DNA of 64,000 nucleotides, taken from the IMG/VR virus record IMGVR_UViG_3300045988_110999. One strand, written 5' to 3'. The notes under the pieces are model-generated. The model worked only from the letters and a program-made list of their open reading frames with translations. It was not told where the DNA came from and did not search any database. Origin of the DNA: a virus. The position numbers and the translations under genes are program-made. Each line of letters begins with the position of its first letter. Position 1 is the first letter of the stretch. Below are positions 36,160 through 43,591 of the stretch, piece after piece.

Positions 36160-36837
36160 ATGCATCGGTTCTTTTCTCTCTTCGTGGAGCATCTCACTTC
36201 AAGAACCGGAAAGCGGTCGCCCTCGCAAGGGCGTGTACATCAAAAACCAGCGTCGATATCCACACCGTAGGACGATGCACGTGGTCCTTCCTAATATCCT
36301 ACAAAACTAAGCCAGGCACAGTCGAAGCTATCTAGAATCGTCTCCGCTGTGTACCCGGTATCCAAACATCGGATACTCGGAAACGCTTTTTTCAAAGCGT
36401 TTAGCAAAGCTAAAGCATTTAGAGTGCTCTCCATATGTTTCAATTCCTACTCACTAACCGGGAATTAGGCATATTCTTTTGGGAGCCTGCCTAGGCTACC
36501 GACCAACACCCAGAGCGTGTTGAAGTCTTTTCACGCGCCGTTACGAAACCCTCTATACATAGGGAACTTCACGGTATGGTTTTTCCGGTGATTTCTGACC
36601 GGGCCAGCATCAAAATAGTCTTTCCAGTATTAACAGGCCGACACTGTACCTGCCCCGGAGTTTAACGTCCTCCTGAGCGACGAGATATGGATGTTTAACG
36701 TCCTCCCGGACATCACCCCCTTTAGGTCATTTATGGCAACCTTTCTTTTTCAGAGGGCCTCACCTCCATCCTGAAACGTTTCAAAGAAACGTTTTGCGGT
36801 GCTGAAACACTTCGTGTTTCCCACTCGGAGTTATTTT
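36160..36837 (-). ncRNA. Candidate large structured non-coding RNA between terL and the tRNA array (GOLLD/ROOL-like context)
   Basis: ~680 nt with no ORF of 60 aa or more in any frame, in a gene-dense operon. More than 12 consecutive stem-loops with A-rich loops when read on the minus strand. Internal 14-nt direct repeat. Confidence 0.55.
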
Positions 36838-39294
36838 TTACATAGAACCGGCCAACGGGATTTCGTCTGTGACGACCTTCTCGTAAGAAGCGACCGGAGC
36901 AAAATAAATCTGGTCCTGATAGGCAAGTGCGTCAATCAGGTCATCATGCAAGGACTTCGGGAAAGCAAGGAATTCGCTTTCCAATTCCCCAAGAAAGGAC
37001 GCTCCCATCGGGAACCATACGGTGCCAGCTTTGAACCGGGGCTGTACGGCTTTGATACGCTCTTCTTTCTTTTCCTTGGCTTCCAAATCCTTGACCGTGA
37101 ACCAGATATTCCTCTTTGGCATTTCCTTTTCTATGAAGTGGGATAACGCCGCTTGGTAAGCGACCTTTTCCATACCCACATAGACAGGATGGTATCGAGT
37201 GACCGCCTCGAAGATAGCGTCTATCGTCTGGGTCGGATCGAACCTCCCATACTTTATATCCAATACGAACCAATGGTTTTCACTATTGACCCCCACAGTG
37301 CAGACTACGGTATAGTCCGCGGTTTCTTTCTGGGAAATAGCTAGGTCTACCGTAGTGAAGATGTTCATATCCTTCACATCAAGCTCTTCTTGCTTGTAGT
37401 ATTTGAAGTATTCTTTCTTGAACAGCTGGGTTTCCGGGGAAATAGCAATACACATCTTTTCCCGTTCCCATACATCCAGATTCCCGATTCGTCTAAAAGC
37501 TTCCCTTTCCGCTTTTATCTCTTCGGAGCTCCATCTTTCGGGCCATACACTGTTTCCTTCTGCGTCTAGGATAGGGATACGGACACCGGTAAACTTCAAA
37601 TCTTTCTGGTTCTCTATGACTCGTTCTATCAGGCATTTTTCACCCAGATTGTTCCCGATCATGAAGATTCTCGTCTTCTTCCCTAAGAACAATACGTCGG
37701 ACAGGAACCATTCCCAGTCCCCTTCCTGTACGGTATCTGACTTCGCATCTTCCAAGTCTTGTGGGTCGTCAATCAGGACAATAGACGGTCGGGCATCGTG
37801 AACGTTCAAACCACGGATAGCAGCCCCTTTGCCGTAAGCTTCAAAACGGACCCACATCTCTTCGTCATCTTTATCTTTTACGATGACCTCGAAACCGTTC
37901 TGGGACTGTTCTACGATACGTACCAGGTTCATGGATAGTAGCTCATTATTGAGCCATTCATCCTCAATTTCCTTTAACCGCTTACTGGCAGCTCTCTGCG
38001 TAGCCATGATAAAGACTACGTACTGCCTATCCTTGGAAGGATATGTCAGGCAGTGCATCGGGAAGGCTCTTAGTACGACGCCGCTATTATGGGTAACGAT
38101 GCAGCCAGTACCACATAAAAACAGCCCCGTAGGGCTGTCTACCTTGATACACATGGTGGGGACGGACTCACATTTAGAGACTTTCTTGACACTCCTCATC
38201 AGAGTGCGTTTATCCTGAGTATCACAAATCAAATCCCTCTTCCTTTTTAACTGAGGGAATTTAACTGTGGTCTTGAACGACACATCATAATGTGGCTTAC
38301 ATTCTTTGCCGTAGAGCTTAGATGGTTTCTTTATAATAGTAGCCTTAATACCTAAGCTTCTGACTAAATATAAAGTCCCCATAGCCAATCTTTCATTGGT
38401 GTTTGTGAAAGTAACCGTCCCAGCCTTGCTACCAGCCTTGGCAATCGTACCGTCACTATCAATGAGACCGGCCAATAATTGCCACCTGTTTTCCTCGCTG
38501 TCGTAGTAATACTCTTCCGGGATGTGCTTGTCGTATATCAACCCAAGGGATTTAAGCTCTTTCAAGAACCCTCCTTGGAACTTTATCGTCATTGCCGTTT
38601 TATCTTTGCGGCATGTCTTGGTTCCCCAGTCGATGTTCAGGAATGTCTCTTCAAAATCTTCCCCACCGCAAGTGATTTCGGCTGCTTTTGAATGACCATC
38701 TCCAAGCCATAACCCCAAATCATACGGAGAAATGATATGTTCTTTCCGAGGGTATTGTAAGGGCATAGCTAATGGTATACGGTATGCCTTTTCTTGATAT
38801 CCTTTTTTAGGTTTTCCCAAATCCTGCTTTGCGTACATCTCCAGTGTGGTTACGATATTCCATCTACGTTTGTGCTTGTCCCATACGCTCCACAGATGTT
38901 CTGCATCAGCAGTGATTTCCTCCCCGTCGTCAAATTCGACTTTGAAGCAAGGATGATCGTAAAAAATCTCGGAGGTGCTACCAACTAACACTGGGTTCCC
39001 ATTCTCATCAAATACGTAGTCCCCCGGCTTGATTTCCCCCATCAGCTTATATCCACTAGGGGTCGGGATAGGGGTGAAAATCGAGATTGCTTTTCCTGAC
39101 TCACGAAAGCCCTCTACAGCGTAGTGGTGCTTGCCTTTTAACAGTATCTTTCCCCATTCCTCTTGGAATGAAGGGGTCTTTACTTCATCTTCGACGGGGA
39201 GGAATACTCTTCTGAATAACATAAGGTCATCTTTGGCGTCACGGAACAGCTTCGCCATCATTACTTTCTTGTCCATATCTCTCTCCCCTTTCAT
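36838..39294 (-). CDS. terL: Terminase large subunit, interrupted by an intein in the Walker A P-loop
   Basis: 'VEGFRESGK|[intein]|SGVVLRAF' restores the G....GKS P-loop. Nuclease half includes 'DLAISQKETADYTV'. ATG 39276 (behind GGGGAG) is a likelier start than 39294. Confidence 0.9.
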   Translation of the reverse strand: MKGERDMDKKVMMAKLFRDAKDDLMLFRRVFLPVEDEVKTPSFQEEWGKILLKGKHHYAVEGFRESGKAISIFTPIPTPSGYKLMGEIKPGDYVFDENGNPVLVGSTSEIFYDHPCFKVEFDDGEEITADAEHLWSVWDKHKRRWNIVTTLEMYAKQDLGKPKKGYQEKAYRIPLAMPLQYPRKEHIISPYDLGLWLGDGHSKAAEITCGGEDFEETFLNIDWGTKTCRKDKTAMTIKFQGGFLKELKSLGLIYDKHIPEEYYYDSEENRWQLLAGLIDSDGTIAKAGSKAGTVTFTNTNERLAMGTLYLVRSLGIKATIIKKPSKLYGKECKPHYDVSFKTTVKFPQLKRKRDLICDTQDKRTLMRSVKKVSKCESVPTMCIKVDSPTGLFLCGTGCIVTHNSGVVLRAFPMHCLTYPSKDRQYVVFIMATQRAASKRLKEIEDEWLNNELLSMNLVRIVEQSQNGFEVIVKDKDDEEMWVRFEAYGKGAAIRGLNVHDARPSIVLIDDPQDLEDAKSDTVQEGDWEWFLSDVLFLGKKTRIFMIGNNLGEKCLIERVIENQKDLKFTGVRIPILDAEGNSVWPERWSSEEIKAEREAFRRIGNLDVWEREKMCIAISPETQLFKKEYFKYYKQEELDVKDMNIFTTVDLAISQKETADYTVVCTVGVNSENHWFVLDIKYGRFDPTQTIDAIFEAVTRYHPVYVGMEKVAYQAALSHFIEKEMPKRNIWFTVKDLEAKEKKEERIKAVQPRFKAGTVWFPMGASFLGELESEFLAFPKSLHDDLIDALAYQDQIYFAPVASYEKVVTDEIPLAGSM
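38086..39090 (-). mobile_element. Intein (335 aa) with Ala1 and the W/C/T triplet (class 3 type) plus a LAGLIDADG homing endonuclease domain
   Basis: Block A 'AISIFTPIPTPSG'; block B 'DAEHLW'; block F 'TMCIKVD...GLFLCGTG'; block G 'CIVTHN|S'; LAGLIDADG motifs 'LGLWLGDGHS' and 'LLAGLIDSDGTI'. 1005 nt, in frame. Confidence 0.85.
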
Positions 39295-39331
39295 CCTATT
39301 CGGTTTCGTTTCTTCATTTGCTTTTCTACCT

Positions 39332-39347
39332 TTGTCAAATTGTCAAA
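39332..39347. promoter_or_regulatory. Tandem TTGTCAAA x2 (two -35-like TTGACA hexamers on the minus strand) upstream of terL
   Basis: TTGTCAAATTGTCAAA at 39332-39347. No good -10 hexamer at 17 nt, so this may be an activator or alternative-sigma site. Confidence 0.3.
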
Positions 39348-39509
39348 ATACCTCTTGATTTTTCAAAATTTTTTTCGTTTTCCTATTTTACGGTTATAGT
39401 ACCCCCTTTTATTTTTTATTAATACTCACTTATATGAATAAATCTATCATACAAAGCCGTATTTGAACCATTAAAAGCGAATAAAACTAACAAAAAGGTC
39501 AAAAAAATG

Positions 39510-40300
39510 ACGTACAAGAGAGGGGTAACTTCCCTAATTTCCGCCCGGCCAGCCAAGTACCCGAAAAAGCGAAGCCCCACCCTCTAGATCTATGTACACT
39601 GCACGAGAACCATTAGAATCCGTGGGAAAGGCCAGACGATGCCGATAAATGGCTCAACCATGCGGTTTTAAGGCCATCCAACGGCTATGCTATGATACAG
39701 TTGTCCCAAGGGAAAGGGCCAAGGGGAAAGCTCATAAGTGAGTCGATTACTCGGGTTCTAACCTTAGACCCCTAGCACGGGTCGCGGGACATCAGAACTT
39801 TGACAACTGCATATAGTAGGGCCGTGCGGCACGGCCGCCCCCTATAGTCCTCATTAGAAGGACGATAAGGAAGTCGATTGAGGGGACGACGACAGTGCCG
39901 CACGGTAGCACGAGGCAAGGGCCTATTGGCAAGGCCCGATATGCCCGATAAAAACGGGCCAGCCTTAATTGCTCTGCCTAGGAACACCTCGAAAATGATA
40001 TTGAGAGGTGGGCATGTGGCGACGTCGATGTACAGGCGGACGTGAAGAGCGTCCACGTAATGCCGGTGTGAAGACGAGAAGCGGCCTAAAGCCCTACCCT
40101 AGCCGGTAGGTGCTTCACAAGGTGGTTAGAGCGGTTAAAATCCTCCGCACCCATATGGGGAAAGAGGCAATACGTGCGTACCTGCTATGGGACGAAAATC
40201 CCATGACGTGAATCCTTGAATCGGCTGAAACAATGCCGATTCCTATAACGTCGAAAAGGGGCTTTCAGGCCCCTATACAAGGGAAGGAAGTTAGTTTTTA
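39510..40300 (+). ncRNA. Candidate large structured RNA / long structured 5' leader of the rightward early operon
   Basis: ~0.8 kb, visibly G+C-richer than its flanks. The only ORF is a spurious R/P/C-rich 94-aa antisense one. Dense series of stem-loops with A-rich loops on the + strand. Confidence 0.5.
40268..40292. repeat. Left arm of the 25-bp inverted repeat flanking the first early gene
   Basis: GGCCCCTATACAAGGGAAGGAAGTT matches the reverse complement of 40611-40635 at 22 of 25 positions. Confidence 0.7.
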
Positions 40301-40333
40301 CCCTCTAAAGGGGATTGCATGGAGGTATGCTGC

Positions 40334-40603
40334 ATGTACAAATTGGTTAAAAAGTTCAAGAGTATTAGTGGAGAAATCCACATCAAAGAAAAGACTTATG
40401 AAGTTAATCGCAAGACCATTCTAAAAGTCGTCCGACAGGCGGCTAAAAAATACCGCCGTGATGAGGGCTGGGAAAATCTCCTGGCCGTTCCTAGGAAACA
40501 AGGGCGTGCTAAGGTATCGGGCCATTGTGAAATGAACCGCACCTATATTGCTCGTCAATGCGCCGGTATCGGGCGCATTGATATCTATGTAGTAGAGTTA
40601 TAA
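40334..40603 (+). CDS. Hypothetical basic early protein
   Basis: ATG 40334 lies 7 nt after GGAGGT; ORF track 40319..40603. Confidence 0.6.
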   Translation: MYKLVKKFKSISGEIHIKEKTYEVNRKTILKVVRQAAKKYRRDEGWENLLAVPRKQGRAKVSGHCEMNRTYIARQCAGIGRIDIYVVEL

Positions 40604-40610
40604 TTTATTC

Positions 40611-40635
40611 AACTTCCTTCCTTTATATAAGGGCC
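40611..40635. repeat. Right arm of the 25-bp inverted repeat flanking the first early gene
   Basis: AACTTCCTTCCTTTATATAAGGGCC. Confidence 0.7.
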
Positions 40636-40721
40636 TGAATATCCCTATAGGGGGATTGAAGACTAGAATGTTCAACATTTCCCCGCTCACGGTTTTGATT
40701 TTCAAAGAAAGAAGGTATATT

Positions 40722-40994
40722 ATGCTTACGTCAAAGAACAACTATAAAATTCCCGGTGTTATGATCCAAGGTCTTATCTTGCGTCAAATGCGCATGGCGG
40801 CCCTTGATACTCGTGAATGGTATAAAGCCATGAATAACGGAGACGAAAACGGGGATTATACATACTGTAAGTTAAAGAACTATGAACAAGCTGAAATATG
40901 GCCTTTGTTAGAGGTTCAAGGTATTGAAAGAGACTCTAAAGAGTTTGATATGGTTATGGAATATATCGTCGACATGATTGAATACATGGACTAA
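40722..40994 (+). CDS. Hypothetical early protein
   Basis: ATG 40722 behind the AGAAAGAAGGTATAT leader shared with the next gene. Confidence 0.6.
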   Translation: MLTSKNNYKIPGVMIQGLILRQMRMAALDTREWYKAMNNGDENGDYTYCKLKNYEQAEIWPLLEVQGIERDSKEFDMVMEYIVDMIEYMD

Positions 40995-41107
40995 GTGTTT
41001 GTTTTGTCCTACTCCATGACATTAAACTGGAGTCCATAATTGGAACGTGTAGCATTTCCCCCGCTCACGTTCTTTTATTTTGGGGAATTTTAGAAAGAAG
41101 GTATATC

Positions 41108-41428
41108 ATGGCTAAAGTCGGACAAGAAATTAATGTCAGCACGGTACAGACTATCAACCGTTCTAAGGGGACGTTCTCCGCTATGTCGGGGATTACTGTA
41201 CATGATGAGGGCGGCTTCCATAACTTTTATTTAGGGGTCTATGGTTCGTTGAAAAACGGGTACGTAAACCTTAACGATTGTGGTACTATGTACTGCCTAA
41301 ATCGTTCTAGGGGACATATTATGGCCTTATTAGACCTGTTGGGACACACATCCTATAGGGTTATTAAGAGTGAGAAGGAAGTTAATGAGTTTATCGACTT
41401 TCTCGTAAACTTCCGGCATGACTTCTAA
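41108..41428 (+). CDS. Hypothetical early protein
   Basis: ORF track; same conserved leader and SD as the previous gene. Confidence 0.6.
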   Translation: MAKVGQEINVSTVQTINRSKGTFSAMSGITVHDEGGFHNFYLGVYGSLKNGYVNLNDCGTMYCLNRSRGHIMALLDLLGHTSYRVIKSEKEVNEFIDFLVNFRHDF

Positions 41429-41528
41429 ATGTTTGTGGTTTGGTCACGGCCACGTAAAAAGTAGCGCGACTGCCAGCGGAAACGTCAAAGACGTTTAGCG
41501 ATGTATAAGAACTTTGTTCTTCACATAT

Positions 41529-41557
41529 GACCTAACTTATCTGTTAGGTCTTTTTTT
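41529..41557 (+). terminator. Rho-independent terminator
   Basis: GACCTAAC-TTATCT-GTTAGGTC followed by TTTTTTT. Confidence 0.75.
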
Positions 41558-41581
41558 AGTGCAAGAAAAGAGGTGTATACC

Positions 41582-41848
41582 ATGCGTAAAGAAAGGTATA
41601 TCATTGACGGGATTACCTATACCCGTGTTACAAAAGCGACCGCAAGGAAGCTTTTCGACGATGGGGAATGTGTTGGCATTTGCCCCGTCAAGATTGACCC
41701 GTCTTCTATTTGGGGCGGCATGGCTGAATTTCAGAAAGGCCATAAATGCGAAAATTGGTCTTTCGACGATTTTGTAAACTGCTTCATTTATTACAACTGT
41801 CAGCTAAACGAAACTGGCAAGTATCCGAAATTCTTTAGAAAGGGGTGA
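41582..41848 (+). CDS. Hypothetical protein
   Basis: ATG 41582 behind AAGAGGTG; ORF track 41573..41848. Confidence 0.6.
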   Translation: MRKERYIIDGITYTRVTKATARKLFDDGECVGICPVKIDPSSIWGGMAEFQKGHKCENWSFDDFVNCFIYYNCQLNETGKYPKFFRKG

Positions 41849-41852
41849 TTGT

Positions 41853-41969
41853 ATGCCTTACAAAGACTGGGAAGAGGATAAAAAGTTTCTCAAGGAAGCG
41901 TTACCTGTTATCCTCGCTATTCCTCTCATCTATATTATTCTCGTAATTCTGTTTTCATTCGCTGATTAG
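41853..41969 (+). CDS. Small single-TM protein (38 aa, below the ORF-track cutoff)
   Basis: ATG behind AAAGGGGTGA; 'MPYKDWEEDKKFLKEALPVILAIPLIYIILVILFSFAD'. Confidence 0.45.
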   Translation: MPYKDWEEDKKFLKEALPVILAIPLIYIILVILFSFAD

Positions 41970-41982
41970 GTGGTGATCCAGG

Positions 41983-42210
41983 ATGAGGATATTGTTTAAA
42001 AAGGCAAATACGCTCTATTGGCGTAAATGCCTCAGACTTACAAGAGAATTAAGAGTCCATGGTTTGGTTGCCGAAAACAAAGGCAACCATTTTTTAGTGC
42101 GGAGAATTAACGGCGGCCATGAAGTAAAATTCTTGACTGCCGAAAAACTTTACAGATATCTTCTGAGCCGTTCTAAGAATTTCGATGAACTGACTTATCA
42201 TTTAATGTAA
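41983..42210 (+). CDS. Hypothetical basic protein
   Basis: ORF track; GGTGATCCAGG precedes the ATG. Confidence 0.55.
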   Translation: MRILFKKANTLYWRKCLRLTRELRVHGLVAENKGNHFLVRRINGGHEVKFLTAEKLYRYLLSRSKNFDELTYHLM

Positions 42211-42230
42211 TTTGAAAGGGGTTCTGCTTT

Positions 42231-43538
42231 ATGGGTAAACGTATTATTTGCATCGACAGTAAGGACAATAAGGTATGTTTCTATGATAAGAACGACAATC
42301 TTTTTGTTCTGGATATTGGCAACGAAATGCTTATGGGAAAGACTTTCCCCTGCCCTCATTGTGGGAAAGAACACGAGGTAAAGGATTTTGTACAGATCGG
42401 GGATGAGCTACTATGCTCTGATTGCTATGACCCTAGCTTCTATGATAAATGCTCAGAATGTGGGGAATACTTTAAGAAGGATGAGCTGTTTGACATAGAC
42501 GGTAAACGGCTCTGCAAGTCCTGTTTCAACAATAATTATTTTACCTGTGATAATTGCGGAGCGGTTTATCCAAAATCAGAAGCCGTCTATGTTGGATATG
42601 ACAGATTTTGCCAGGATTGTGTCGACCAGCTTCTAGACGAAGGAGAACTCATCCAGTGCGTCTGCTGTGATGAAATCTTGCGGGCTGAGGATGCTTATGA
42701 GCTGGATGGAAATTTCTACTGCTCGTCCTGCTATGACCAGGAACGTGAAGAAGAATATGGAGACTCCATCGTAGGATACCACTGTAACCGTCCATTCCGG
42801 TTCAAGAGTTTGGCCAGCGATGTAGATTACCCGAAAAAAGGTAATCTTTACCTAGGTTTAGAACATGAACTGTCTAACGCCGGGGAAGATAACTACAAGC
42901 TGGCAAAAGAGCTTGTAGATGATTATGACCGTGTTTGCGAACACGACTCGTCAATCAGTGATGGGTTTGAAGTCATCTCAGACGCATTGACATTTGATTA
43001 TTGGAGAAAGAAGGAAGATTTGCAGGCTTATATGAATACCATTAACAGATTGTCGGATTTCGATCCGGACGACTCTAGCGGTATCCATGTCCATATTTCT
43101 AGAGGCCCTCTCTCCGACAATGCTGTCATTGAAATGGCGTGGTTCGTCATGCAACATTACGACGACTGCATTAAATTTGGTCGTCGCGACCCCGACGAAT
43201 GTGAGTATTGTGAACGGGTCACGAGAGGCGACAAGGAAGACTTATGGGATTATGCTACGGGTCATGGTGTAGCCGTCAACCTCGAACATGAATCGAACCT
43301 CGAATTGCGGTTCTTTAAGACGACCGACGATGTCGACCACATGTGGGCCATCTTAGAATTTAGCTACGCATTGGCTATGGTAGCGAAAGGGGGTGTCATT
43401 GATATTGAATGGGCGGATATCCGTAAATTCTGTGAAGAAGATGGGAAAGAAGAACATTTCCTCGCCGAATTGAACGAAGGATTCGATTGCGAAGAGAATG
43501 AGGATTATGAATATAACCTCACCGAATACTTTGCTTGA
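42231..43538 (+). CDS. Amidoligase (Amidoligase_2 / glutamine-synthetase-like COOH-NH2 ligase family) with four N-terminal LIM-like CxxC zinc-ribbon pairs
   Basis: N-terminus has CPHC..CSDC, CSEC..CKSC, CDNC..CQDC, CVCC..CSSC. C-terminus has 'YLGLEHELS...HDSSISDGFEVISDALT...SSGIHVHISRG...NLELRFFKTT'. Confidence 0.7.
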   Translation: MGKRIICIDSKDNKVCFYDKNDNLFVLDIGNEMLMGKTFPCPHCGKEHEVKDFVQIGDELLCSDCYDPSFYDKCSECGEYFKKDELFDIDGKRLCKSCFNNNYFTCDNCGAVYPKSEAVYVGYDRFCQDCVDQLLDEGELIQCVCCDEILRAEDAYELDGNFYCSSCYDQEREEEYGDSIVGYHCNRPFRFKSLASDVDYPKKGNLYLGLEHELSNAGEDNYKLAKELVDDYDRVCEHDSSISDGFEVISDALTFDYWRKKEDLQAYMNTINRLSDFDPDDSSGIHVHISRGPLSDNAVIEMAWFVMQHYDDCIKFGRRDPDECEYCERVTRGDKEDLWDYATGHGVAVNLEHESNLELRFFKTTDDVDHMWAILEFSYALAMVAKGGVIDIEWADIRKFCEEDGKEEHFLAELNEGFDCEENEDYEYNLTEYFA

Positions 43539-43591
43539 TTTTTAACCAAAATTACTTACTTTACATTGTCTTTATTACAGGAGGTATATAT

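Noticed and set aside
36660-36706. GGAGGACGTTAAAC x2 as SD sequences of hidden small ORFs
   Set aside because: No ATG, GTG or TTG follows at suitable spacing, and the downstream frames close quickly. The repeat is treated as part of the candidate structured RNA.
39772-40056. 94-aa minus-strand ORF inside the G+C-rich non-coding region
   Set aside because: It has an R/P/C-rich, low-complexity-like composition ('RHCRRPLNRLPYRPSNEDYRGRPCR') and no SD. It lies antisense within a hairpin-dense region, which is what G+C-rich non-coding sequence is expected to produce.
39510-40300. Group II intron, RNase P RNA, tmRNA or a retron msr/msd as the identity of the G+C-rich region
   Set aside because: I could not find a domain V-like GAGC...GAAA...GUUC hairpin with a 5' GUGYG boundary, the RNase P 'GAGGAAAGUCC' box, or a tRNA-like 3' end with a tag ORF. 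No reverse transcriptase gene is nearby. Identity is left open.
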